Shown here one piece after another: positions 17,402 through 26,200 of a stretch of DNA of 64,000 bases. The DNA comes from Candidatus Sungiibacteriota bacterium (GTDB lineage: Bacteria; Patescibacteriota; Minisyncoccia; Sungbacterales; SURF-37). The notes under the pieces were generated by a model. It worked only from the letters and a program-made list of their open reading frames with translations, was not told the origin of the DNA and searched no databases. A program made the translations under genes and the position numbers. The DNA is taken from assembly GCA_016203665.1 (NCBI GenBank), contig JACQMJ010000004.1, forward strand, positions 68,214 through 132,213, read 5' to 3'. Position 1 is the first letter of the stretch. The number at the start of each line of letters is the position of its first letter.

Positions 17402-19113
17402 GCAATGACCCTCAAGAATTCCTTAAGCGTTTTCGTATTCAAAATATCATCCTCTTGGGCCCAGCCGCGCCGCGCCTGCGCAATGCCGAATTTCAAAAAT
17501 TGGAATCCGTACACGGAGTGGGCATCGGAATCAATAACCATTTTAACTCCCGCCCCCACGCATTTACGAATATATTCGTCTTTCATATCCAGCCGTTCGG
17601 GAGATGCATCTATTTCAAGAACGGTACCAATGCGCTTGGCGGCCTTGATGACCTCGTCCATGTCCACCTCGTAGGGCGCCCTCCGGTTAATGATGCGCCC
17701 GGTCGGATGAAAGAGGATATCCGCGTGGGAATTTTCCATCGCCCGGATGATGCGCCTGGTCATCTCGGCTTTTGGCATTTTGAAATGCGAGTGAACGGCA
17801 ACGCCGACGCAATCAAGTTTAGCAAGCGTTCTATCGGCAATATCAAGCGTGCCATCGGCCATGATATTCACCTCCGCTCCCTTCAAAATGGTGACACCCG
17901 ACAACTTCCGGTTCAGGCGGTCAATCTCGGTCATTTGCCGCTCGAGCTTTTTCTCATCCGCCCCGCCGGTCATAGCCAGCGAGCGCGTGTGGTCGGTGAT
18001 GCAGATGTATTCAAGCCCGGCCTTCTTTGCCGCGAGTGCCATCTCCTCAATGGAATTCGCGCCGTCGGTCCAATTCGTCTGCGTCTGGAGGTCGCCTTTC
18101 AGGTCGCCGTAGCCGATCGGATTTTTCGGAAGCGTGCCCCTTCTTGCGGCCTCGATCTCACCGAGATTCTCGCGAAGTTCGGGCTCGATATAACGAAGGC
18201 CGAGCGCGTGGTAGAGGTCGGTCTCATTCTTCCCCGCGATCTGCCGCTTGCCACGGAACAACCCATACTCATTCAGTTTTAGCCCTTTGTCAATCGCGAT
18301 CTTACGAAGTGCGACGTTATGGTCCTTGGAGCCGGTGAAATAGTTCAAGGCCGCACCGTAGGATTCCCGCGGCACGACGCGGATGTCGCAATCAAGACCG
18401 CTCTTAAGGCGGACGAGCGACTTTGTCGGGCCCTCGGCGTAGACATGGACGACTTCGGGCATCGAGACGAAGTAGTCCATGACCGGTTTCGGCTTCGCGG
18501 ATACGACGAGAAAGTCGGCATCGCCGATTGTTTCCTTCATGCGCCGCATGGAACCGGCGGCCACGGCTTTCTCTACGCCCGGCAGCCTTTCAAGACGCGA
18601 TTCAATGTCCTTCACCAGGCCGTAGATCTCGCCGAGAAGAAAGCGGCTGCCCGAGCGCTTTACAAATTCAATACCCTTTAAGATATTCTCTTCGGTCTTT
18701 GCGCCGAGCGATGCAATCCTGCGGATCTTGCCGGCCCGAGCCGCTTTCTCTAGGTCGCGCACGGTGCGGATCTTCAATTTCTGCCAAAGAAGTTTTATTT
18801 TCTTCGGGCCAAGCCCTTCCACGCGTTTCAGGCCCTCTAGATCCACGGGCACTCGTTTTTTCAAGCGGTCGTACTCCTTGATGCGGCGCGTTTTAAGATA
18901 CTCCTCGATGCGCTCGGCTATTCCCCGGCCTACGTCCGGAATATCCATCAGCGCCTTAAGGCCGCCCTTCTTATAAATATCGCGGATGTCTTCATCCAGG
19001 ACCTCAAGGGACTGCGAGGCTTTTTCAAAGGCCCGCGGCTTAAACTCGACGCCTTCCATTTCAAGCAGCAGCGCCATTTCAAAGAGGATTTTCGCAAGTT
19101 CCTGGTTGGTCAT
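17398..19113 (-). CDS. polX: DNA polymerase X family protein with a C-terminal PHP domain (PolX)
   Basis: 571 aa. N-terminal HhH and pol-beta-like nucleotidyltransferase regions (GSMRRMKETIGDADFLV), followed by a PHP domain (ICITDHTRS...HSHF...DSDAH). Confidence 0.92.
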   Translation of the reverse strand: MTNQELAKILFEMALLLEMEGVEFKPRAFEKASQSLEVLDEDIRDIYKKGGLKALMDIPDVGRGIAERIEEYLKTRRIKEYDRLKKRVPVDLEGLKRVEGLGPKKIKLLWQKLKIRTVRDLEKAARAGKIRRIASLGAKTEENILKGIEFVKRSGSRFLLGEIYGLVKDIESRLERLPGVEKAVAAGSMRRMKETIGDADFLVVSAKPKPVMDYFVSMPEVVHVYAEGPTKSLVRLKSGLDCDIRVVPRESYGAALNYFTGSKDHNVALRKIAIDKGLKLNEYGLFRGKRQIAGKNETDLYHALGLRYIEPELRENLGEIEAARRGTLPKNPIGYGDLKGDLQTQTNWTDGANSIEEMALAAKKAGLEYICITDHTRSLAMTGGADEKKLERQMTEIDRLNRKLSGVTILKGAEVNIMADGTLDIADRTLAKLDCVGVAVHSHFKMPKAEMTRRIIRAMENSHADILFHPTGRIINRRAPYEVDMDEVIKAAKRIGTVLEIDASPERLDMKDEYIRKCVGAGVKMVIDSDAHSVYGFQFLKFGIAQARRGWAQEDDILNTKTLKEFLRVIA

Positions 19114-19694
19114 TCTTTATAATCCTGCTGTTTGAGAAACGGCCGGAGTAATTCCTCAACACCTAGGCGCGCTCCCCATTCGCGGAGGTATGCCCGATCA
19201 AGCATGCCGCCCGATATTTTAAAGACCGACTCCGCATCCTCAAGCTGGCGGCTTGACGGCGAAGTTTTATACCAAAGCAATTTGATGAGAATCAAGTCCT
19301 CCGGCGAGCTGAAATGCACCCGCTCGCCGAGAACTTCCTTTGCCACGCGGCGCCCCAGGCGCGAACGATCAAAAGCGTCATCCTCTTTCAGTATCCAAAA
19401 ATCAACCTTCACGCCGCTCGCGCCGTCAATGAAATTAAATTCGCCCCGCGCGGCAATGGCGCGCTCCATTTGCGCAGGGTCTAAGTACCCGTCCGGAGCA
19501 AGGCCGCGGAGGGCATCGGAAAGCGCCGGCACATCTCCGGCCTTCAGCTCCACAACAATATCAATGTCGGCGGTAAACCGCGGACGGCCCCAAACGAGCA
19601 CGGCAATGCCGCCCGTAATAAGATACGAAATGCCAAGCCGATCAAGAATCTTCGTGACGGCGACGAGGAGATGCCTGGGATCGGTTGATTCCAT
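19110..19694 (-). CDS. nucleotidyltransferase-fold protein (MNT/AbiEii-like), hypothetical
   Basis: LITGGIAVLVWGRPRFTADIDIVVEL matches the GG...G.R.T.D.D minimal NTase motif. ATGA overlap with polX. Confidence 0.65.
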   Translation of the reverse strand: MESTDPRHLLVAVTKILDRLGISYLITGGIAVLVWGRPRFTADIDIVVELKAGDVPALSDALRGLAPDGYLDPAQMERAIAARGEFNFIDGASGVKVDFWILKEDDAFDRSRLGRRVAKEVLGERVHFSSPEDLILIKLLWYKTSPSSRQLEDAESVFKISGGMLDRAYLREWGARLGVEELLRPFLKQQDYKE

Positions 19695-19839
19695 GGCTGC
19701 TGATTTTTACCCCTGCAAGTTCTCTAGCGAGCCTCCAGAGACCCGACCCGACGGCAAGTTTCTTATCCGCGCTCATGCGCTTGAAAATCGCATCCTGACG
19801 TTCCTCGGCGGTTTGTACCTGGCTGTCTTCCGGGTGCAT
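19642..19839 (-). CDS. small hypothetical ORF upstream of the NTase gene
   Basis: 65-aa ORF (TAEERQDAIFKRMSADKKLAVGSGLWRLARELAG...). It overlaps the NTase start by 53 nt, and a TATAAT lies on the minus strand at 19912..19907. Weak support. Confidence 0.3.
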   Translation of the reverse strand: MHPEDSQVQTAEERQDAIFKRMSADKKLAVGSGLWRLARELAGVKISSHGINRSQASPRRRHEDS

Positions 19840-20212
19840 ACCATTATGCTAACACACTGGCCGCCAGAAGCCGTGACCTCCCGCATATTCGCCTACTGCC
19901 GGAGCCATTATACGAACAAGATGTAATGACTTCCCGTCGTGTGGTGAACGAAAAAGCCCGCTCGCTGTAAGGCCCGGAGAACATCCCGTGGCCGGAGCGC
20001 GGACAGGCGTTCGCGCATGGAACTAGAGCAAAATCCTCACCTTCTCCTTTACCGGATCAAGCTGCAGCTTACCGGAGAGTTTCCTGCAACATGCGTCCGT
20101 GATAGTTCAAATGGGGCAGTAAATCAACCACGCATCCCTCGAGCGCGGCGGTGCCGCCTCTCGGAACGCTCGATCAAGGAGCGCCACCGCCCTATGCATG
20201 CCCCTCCAAGAG

Positions 20213-20386
20213 CCCCACGCGTATATTTTTCTCCATCGGGGTCGCGGAGCGACGGGTTGCCAGTCGGCAACCCAGGGCTTTTGCGAGGGGCAAAAGGGCA
20301 GTGGGATCCCTGGGCTGAAAACCGTCCCGCGATTCGCGGGACGGTTTTCTAGAAATGGAGGCGTGAAGAAAAATATATGCGCGGGG
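20213..20386 (+). repeat. stem-closed intergenic element, family copy 1 (GGCAGTGGGA...GAGGCGT core)
   Basis: The outer arms ccccacgcgtatatttttctcca (20213-20235) and tgaagaaaaatatatgcgcgggg (20364-20386) are complementary. The core motifs are at 20297-20306 and 20358-20364. A perfect 15-bp hairpin, gaaaaccgtcccgcg-att-cgcgggacggttttc, spans 20317-20349. Confidence 0.75.
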
Positions 20387-20391
20387 TTCTC

Positions 20392-21030
20392 TTACACCCT
20401 TTTCTGTTCGATGAACACCCTCTGTGCCGGTGAGGGCACCTTTGGACGGATATAGGGCCGGAGGAAGACGAGAACAATGAGGCCGACGAGCATGAGCGTA
20501 CCGTTCACGAGGAAGAGCGGCCGGATGCCGACGAGCCCGACGAGGATGCCCGACAGCACCCCGCCGATAGCCCCGCCGGCGCCGAAAGAGAAGCTTGACT
20601 GCAATGCCCATTCAAATCCCTCCGCACCGCTGTCAATATGGCGGGTGAAGATGGCGTAGAGCGGCGGAATGGCAAAGGCATCGCCAATAGCGATCAACGC
20701 CTGAATGGCAAAGATATGCCAAAGCTCCGCGGCGAAATAGAAAAGGAAGACCCCGGTCATCGTAATGGTGATGCCGGCGAGGAGCGAATAGTAATCGTCA
20801 ATCTCGCCGTGGTTCTTGTCGAGATAGCGGGCGATGGGGAGCTGGAGGATTGATTTCATCGCCCAGTAGACAGCCGAGGCGAAGCCCACGGCCGCCGCCG
20901 CCGCGCCGATATCCCGTACGACGAAAATGGCGAAGAGCGGCGCTGACAAGCTCACCGCCATCGTAAAAATGAACTGCGCGAAGATGATTACAAGAATAAC
21001 CTGGTTCAGTTTTAGAAATGCGAACTTCAT
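20392..21030 (-). CDS. half-size (6-TM) MFS-like membrane protein
   Basis: 212-aa hydrophobic ORF with an MFS motif-A-like loop (LPIARYLDKNHGE). It is only one six-helix bundle long, and its stop lies 6 nt from repeat copy 1. Confidence 0.65.
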   Translation of the reverse strand: MKFAFLKLNQVILVIIFAQFIFTMAVSLSAPLFAIFVVRDIGAAAAAVGFASAVYWAMKSILQLPIARYLDKNHGEIDDYYSLLAGITITMTGVFLFYFAAELWHIFAIQALIAIGDAFAIPPLYAIFTRHIDSGAEGFEWALQSSFSFGAGGAIGGVLSGILVGLVGIRPLFLVNGTLMLVGLIVLVFLRPYIRPKVPSPAQRVFIEQKRV

Positions 21031-21033
21031 ACG

Positions 21034-22287
21034 CTAATTGAACAGTGACGACTGGCCGGCGGCCATATTTTTACGGTCCGCCTCATCGAAAATGCGCACC
21101 GTGCCGTACTCGCCGTCATACCCGGGCTCGACCTTGAGGCGCCCTTCCCGCACCCGCAGGACGCCTTCTGCCACTTCCGGCGGTGCCGCGGATTTAAGGT
21201 CGGATTCCGAAGCCTCAAGGAGCACGGAGAATTCCGAACCAAGCGCTGCCACGAGCCGCCGATACTCCTCCTTCACCTTTTTCGATGATACCCCCAGGTC
21301 AAAGGCCTCGCCAATGATCTCATCCAGCGGAACCATGCGCTTGAACGGTATGGCATTTATCGGCCGCGCTCCGCGAGGCCGGTCGGCGAGTTTCTCCACC
21401 CGGTTCATGACGCCCACGGTCACGGGCCGGCCGCAGGTCGGGCACATGCCGCCGGCTTTCTTGGTCTCCTCGGGCGACATCCTCACGCCGTGGGCACTAT
21501 GGCCATCATAGTGGTACTTGCCTTCCTCGGGGAAAAACTCGACCGTGAACAAAAACCGCTTGGGATCACGCGACCTGATGGCGCTCATTATGCCGCCATA
21601 AGAAAGCTCCGATTCGAAAACATTGGCTTCCCGCCCTATGCGCGGAAGCGAATGCGAGTCGGAATTAGAAATAAGCGCGACGGAATCGAGCTTGGAAAGC
21701 CGCCAGTTCATCTCCGGATCCGAAGAAAGGCCGGTCTCGATGGCAAAAATGTGCGGCGTGAATTCATCGAAGCATTCCTCCAAGGAATCGAATCCCGACA
21801 TAGAACCGAACACCGAAAACCAAGGCGTCCAGGCATGCGCCGGAACAAGAACGCAATCTGAATCAGCATTGAAAACTATTTTGGCAAGCTCCTTGGAATC
21901 AAGGCCGAGTATGGGCCGTCCGTCGGAAGCAAGATTGCCGAGCCAGCCAAGTTCCGTATTTATCTTTTCGGCTGCTGAAATGGACGGCGCAAACACGAGA
22001 TTATGGATGCGCCGCACTTTACCGCCTTTTTTATAGATGCTCGAAAGCTCGACCGTAAGGAGAAAACGCGTCGCGTTTTTACCTCCTTTCAAACGGTGGA
22101 GTCCCGGCTCGGCCGGCTCGAGCTTTTCCTTTATCTCCTTCATCCATTTGGGATGAGTGAAATCGCCCGTTCCCATTACGGTGATACCCTTCAGGGCCGC
22201 CCAGCCATCAAGATTTTCGAACGTCATATCCCGCGACACCGCGCGGGCATACGGCGAATGAATATGCAGGTCAGCGATGATGCGCAT
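21034..22287 (-). CDS. endonuclease Q-like protein (PHP-type N-terminus plus zinc finger; TIGR00375 family)
   Basis: MRIIADLHIHSPYARAVSRDMTFENLDGWAALKGITVMGTGDFTHPKWMKEIKEKL, and CPTCGRPVTVGV. Confidence 0.8.
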   Translation of the reverse strand: MRIIADLHIHSPYARAVSRDMTFENLDGWAALKGITVMGTGDFTHPKWMKEIKEKLEPAEPGLHRLKGGKNATRFLLTVELSSIYKKGGKVRRIHNLVFAPSISAAEKINTELGWLGNLASDGRPILGLDSKELAKIVFNADSDCVLVPAHAWTPWFSVFGSMSGFDSLEECFDEFTPHIFAIETGLSSDPEMNWRLSKLDSVALISNSDSHSLPRIGREANVFESELSYGGIMSAIRSRDPKRFLFTVEFFPEEGKYHYDGHSAHGVRMSPEETKKAGGMCPTCGRPVTVGVMNRVEKLADRPRGARPINAIPFKRMVPLDEIIGEAFDLGVSSKKVKEEYRRLVAALGSEFSVLLEASESDLKSAAPPEVAEGVLRVREGRLKVEPGYDGEYGTVRIFDEADRKNMAAGQSSLFN

Positions 22288-22337
22288 GGTTCGGAGGCCG
22301 TAAAAGTATCAAATGCCGTAAAAGCGAACGCGGTTTC

Positions 22338-22979
22338 TCATTTGCGACCACAAAACGTAAGTATGCGCCAGAGGAATGCTCGCCGCTCCCGATCGCGCAG
22401 CACTGTAATAACGGATGGCAAGGTCGTCACGACTATAATGCCCGTGACAATAGGCAATAGGTAACGGTCCACGTCGGGAATGACGGCGCCCAAAAAGTAG
22501 CCGGCTAGCGGCAGGAGAACGGCCCAGAGGAAGGCGCCGGCGACGTTATAGGAGAAAAAAATGCGGTAGCGCATCATGCCCACGCCGGCAAGTATCGGAA
22601 CAAAGGTACGAATGAAGGGAAGAAATCGGGCAATGACAAGGGTCTTACCGCCGTGCGCCTCGTAAAAGCGCCGCGCGCGTTCCAAATTTTGCGGATTGAA
22701 AAATAATGACTGCGGCCGCCGAAAAATCCTTGGTCCAACGCGGCGACCGAATGCATACCCAAAGTTGTCCCCAAGTACCGCCGCGACGAAACAGCCGGCG
22801 ACGAGGATGCCAATAGGGAGGTAGCCCTGCGAGGCGAGGAACCCGGCGGTAAAAAGCAGTGAGTCGCCGGGCAGAAAAAATCCTATGAACAGTCCTGATT
22901 CGGCGAAGATGATGAAAAAAATGCCGATAAGCCCGGCGGTCTGAACGAGATTGACGAGATCAAGGCCGAAAAATTCCAT
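22338..22979 (-). CDS. DedA family membrane protein
   Basis: FFLPGDSLLFTAGFLA motif; 213 aa; polytopic. Confidence 0.88.
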   Translation of the reverse strand: MEFFGLDLVNLVQTAGLIGIFFIIFAESGLFIGFFLPGDSLLFTAGFLASQGYLPIGILVAGCFVAAVLGDNFGYAFGRRVGPRIFRRPQSLFFNPQNLERARRFYEAHGGKTLVIARFLPFIRTFVPILAGVGMMRYRIFFSYNVAGAFLWAVLLPLAGYFLGAVIPDVDRYLLPIVTGIIVVTTLPSVITVLRDRERRAFLWRILTFCGRK

Positions 22980-23002
22980 TTTTTCTTATCCAGTAGACCA
23001 CC

Positions 23003-24142
23003 CTAGCCGAATACTGCGGCCAGAATGCCGGCAATGAACATTAAAATGATGACGGCGCGGAGAATGACCGGTATTTTGAGGCGAAACGATACTGCGCCGG
23101 GATGAGCCTCCTCGGCCCGGCGGTGGATCAAAAGAATCAGTATTCCATCAACGCCTATCGCCACCGCGCCGATGAGGCTGATAATAACGATAAAATCATG
23201 GAATCCTGCCGCAAAGAGGAGCGGCGGTATGGCCAAGGTGAAGAACGTGGCCAATGCCGGGCGCAGTTTAAGATCAGCGGCGAACATTCCTTCCAGCACG
23301 ATAGAGAGTGGAATAAAAGATGTAATCGTTGCTAAAAATCCGATGGCGCTGCCGAATATTCCGTAAGGCGGGCCGAGAAGCCCGGCGATGCCGCTTATGG
23401 CATCGGGCGTAGTGCCCTCCCCGGTCGTCCCGGCCACCGCGGCGGCAAAGAGGAGGTAGAGCGCTAGAGGAATGAGCGTTCCCGCGGCCACGACCGTGGC
23501 GAGCGCGCGGGGAATGCCGTTGCCGAGCGCGCGGCGTACGTCAGGAATGATGGCCGCACCGGCAAGACTGAACAGAAGCACGCCGTAGGGAATGGCCAGG
23601 CGCGAAGGATAAAACCCGCCAAGCTCGGCAGTACTAATGCCGGGCAGGAGAATGCTCCCGCCGACGACAAGGGCGGCAATGAGCCCAAGCGTGAAAAGAG
23701 CATTGGCAAAACTCTCAAAGCGTATGCCGCGGAGCACGACCGCCGCGCCGATAAGGTAAAAGGCGGCCGGCCCGATCGCCATGGGAATGCGCGGGAAGGC
23801 CGCGGCAAGGAGCGTTCCAAGAAATGCGCCGCCGAGTACGAGATAGACCAGAAGCGTTCCGGAGATGCCGAAAAGGTAGGAAAGGCGGGATACCCAGGCT
23901 CCAACCGGTCCGAGATACCGCGCGGCATACCCGGGCAGGCGGTGGATTTCCGGCGTCCTCAGCACCACTTCGGCATAGGCGAGATTCAAAACTAGGGTAA
24001 CGGCGGCCAGAATAAGAATCTCAAGAACGCCGGTCAAAAATCCCGCGCGGACGAAGACATAAGGAATGGCAAATATTCCCACTCCCACGATCGTACCGAC
24101 GAGGAGCAGTGCGGCCTGGAACGACCGCGGCAAGAGATTCAT
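23003..24142 (-). CDS. amino-acid permease-like membrane protein (APC/Trp-Tyr permease-like)
   Basis: 379 aa, about 11 TM helices. The N-terminus LLLVGTIVGVGIFAIPYVF is typical of amino-acid transporter families. Confidence 0.7.
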   Translation of the reverse strand: MNLLPRSFQAALLLVGTIVGVGIFAIPYVFVRAGFLTGVLEILILAAVTLVLNLAYAEVVLRTPEIHRLPGYAARYLGPVGAWVSRLSYLFGISGTLLVYLVLGGAFLGTLLAAAFPRIPMAIGPAAFYLIGAAVVLRGIRFESFANALFTLGLIAALVVGGSILLPGISTAELGGFYPSRLAIPYGVLLFSLAGAAIIPDVRRALGNGIPRALATVVAAGTLIPLALYLLFAAAVAGTTGEGTTPDAISGIAGLLGPPYGIFGSAIGFLATITSFIPLSIVLEGMFAADLKLRPALATFFTLAIPPLLFAAGFHDFIVIISLIGAVAIGVDGILILLIHRRAEEAHPGAVSFRLKIPVILRAVIILMFIAGILAAVFG

Positions 24143-24146
24143 GTCC

Positions 24147-24725
24147 CTATATCTTGACCAGCTTTTCCTTGCGGATGAGCTGGATCATTTTTGCAACGAG
24201 TCTTTTGGGATCGTTATCCCAAATAACTTTGCCGTTGCCGCGGTGCGCCTCGGCAATTATCTTCTTGATGATATCGTCGGTCATCCAGCCCGAACCGGTA
24301 AGGACGCCTATGGGCTTTTGGTCCTCAAAGGCGATCGTAAATTCGTTCAGCGTGCCCATGCGGCCGCAGGAGATGATGACGCCGTCGGCGCTCCGCGTAA
24401 GGAAAAGGTTCCGTCCGGAGTAGCCAAAACCCGTGTAGACGATCATGTCGTGGTAATCAAGAGGCAGGCGGTATTTTTTCACGTGTTCCACTTCGGAAGC
24501 CGCCGGCGAAAGCCCGATTACAAACCCGCCCGCATCTTTGGCGCCGATCGCCGCCCAGTAAGGCGCGCCCGTTGTGGCGCCCGTCAGGAGCACGGCGCCC
24601 TGCCGGGCGATCTCGGCGCCAAGCTCCTTGGTGAGCGGAAGCGCATTGGGGCCGCAGTGCCCGGTCTCGGCGGCGCCGGAGATGGCGATTTTGTATTTGA
24701 GATGGGTGTGGGGCGAGGGTTTCAT
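24147..24725 (-). CDS. TIGR00725/LOG-like Rossmann-fold protein
   Basis: KIAISGAAETGHCG...LLTGATTG...GGVIGLSP...ISCGRMGTLNEF pattern. Confidence 0.75.
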   Translation of the reverse strand: MKPSPHTHLKYKIAISGAAETGHCGPNALPLTKELGAEIARQGAVLLTGATTGAPYWAAIGAKDAGGFVIGLSPAASEVEHVKKYRLPLDYHDMIVYTGFGYSGRNLFLTRSADGVIISCGRMGTLNEFTIAFEDQKPIGVLTGSGWMTDDIIKKIIAEAHRGNGKVIWDNDPKRLVAKMIQLIRKEKLVKI

Positions 24726-24819
24726 GTGATGAACGTATAGCGCAGAGCGTTTAGCGGATAGCTATGAGTATAGCAAAATTGCGCTTGTTGGCTAACAGCT
24801 ATACGCTATCCCCTGCGCG

Positions 24820-26157
24820 CTAGATTTCAAACTTTTCCCCGTGCAGCGGAGCCGCAGCGGGTATGCCGAGGTGATCCTGGATCGTGGCCTGGAACCCGAG
24901 AACTGCGGCCGGCTCGCCCTGCACTACGAATACGCGCTCCAAGCTGTCCCGCATCTCGGCTACGAACGAAAAAAGCTCATCTTCGTCAGCGTGCGCCGAA
25001 TAGCCATCCACTACTCGCGTCTCGGCCGCGACCCGGACGGACTCGCCATGGATCTTGACCTCCCGGGCCTTATCCAGCAGACGCCGGCCGAGCGATCCCG
25101 CCGCCTGGTAGCCGGTGATAAAGAGAATGCTCTTCGCATCGGGCAGGTAGCGCTTCTCATGGTGCAATATGCGCCCGCCGGCGGACATGCCCGACCCGGC
25201 CAGGATGACTTTTGGCGGCGGCACGTTGTTGATGGCTTTGGATTCCTCCACGCTTTCGGTGAATTTCAGATTCTTGAACTCAAAGAGGTGGGGATGCGTT
25301 TTGGCGAGCTCCTGCACTTCCGGCCGGTAATAGCCCGGATACTTCGCAAACACGCGCGTGGCTCTGATAGCCAGGGGTGAATCCACGAATATCGGCACCT
25401 CGGGCACGCGCTTGAACTGGAGCATCTCGTTGATCTCAAAAAGTATTTCCTGCGTTCGTTCCGTAGCGAAGACTGGAAGCATTAATGTGCCTTTCTTGGC
25501 GACCACGTCTTCAATGGCCCGCTCCAGCATCAGCCGCCTGTCCTCGGTGTGCTTGTGGCGTTTGTTGCCGTAGGTCGCCTCAACAATGAGGACGCTCGTC
25601 TCAGGAAGGGACGCGCGCGGCGGAAGGAGGATGGAAGGAACGTTCCCCACGTCCCCGGTGAAAACAAAGACCTTGCCCCCGGCATCCAGGCGCACAAAGG
25701 CCGAGCCTAAAATGTGGCTTGAATTCAGGAGCCGCGCCGAGATGCCGCCCACGGCAATGTCTTCGCCATACTCCACGGATTGGAAGAGCTTTAAAGTCTC
25801 GGCGAGATCCGAGGCGGAGTAAAGCTCCTTGCCGGCGTGTAAGAACTGCATCGCATCGGCTAGCATGATGTCGGCGAGATCGCGTGTCGGCGTGGTCGCG
25901 TATATCGGCCCGCGGAAGCCCTCGCGCCAAAGCTTAGGCAGACGCCCGATATGGTCTATATGCGCATGCGTCACGAATACGGCATCAAGTTCAGCGGCTT
26001 TGAAGGGCAGGGGCTCATGCGTCCGAATATCGCAATCGTCGCATCCCTGGAACATGCCGCAGTCAACAAGAATTTTAGTGCGGCCGACTTCCAGCAAATA
26101 ACAGGCGCCGGTCACTTCCCGCGCCCCGCCCCAAAAAGAAAGGGAAAATTTCGTCAT
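24820..26157 (-). CDS. MBL-fold beta-CASP family hydrolase (RNA-metabolising, CPSF73/RNase J-like)
   Basis: Start moved to the ATG at 26157 (MTKFSLSFWGGAREVTGACYLLEV), which avoids overlap with the upstream gene. HxHxDH motif is VTHAHIDHIG. The C-terminal SAHAD motif is typical of beta-CASP. Confidence 0.85.
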   Translation of the reverse strand: MTKFSLSFWGGAREVTGACYLLEVGRTKILVDCGMFQGCDDCDIRTHEPLPFKAAELDAVFVTHAHIDHIGRLPKLWREGFRGPIYATTPTRDLADIMLADAMQFLHAGKELYSASDLAETLKLFQSVEYGEDIAVGGISARLLNSSHILGSAFVRLDAGGKVFVFTGDVGNVPSILLPPRASLPETSVLIVEATYGNKRHKHTEDRRLMLERAIEDVVAKKGTLMLPVFATERTQEILFEINEMLQFKRVPEVPIFVDSPLAIRATRVFAKYPGYYRPEVQELAKTHPHLFEFKNLKFTESVEESKAINNVPPPKVILAGSGMSAGGRILHHEKRYLPDAKSILFITGYQAAGSLGRRLLDKAREVKIHGESVRVAAETRVVDGYSAHADEDELFSFVAEMRDSLERVFVVQGEPAAVLGFQATIQDHLGIPAAAPLHGEKFEI

Positions 26158-26200
26158 CGCGCCTATTGTAGCAGACCGGTCGCCCTGCCGATACCGAGTT

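Noticed and set aside
20017-20352. A 111-aa plus-strand ORF and a 139-aa minus-strand ORF (20192..20611) across the 19.9-20.4 kb spacer.
   Set aside because: Both run through repeat copy 1 and through the MFS gene antisense. Their translations are Arg/Pro-rich with no family features. The region is better explained as a non-coding repeat plus decayed sequence.
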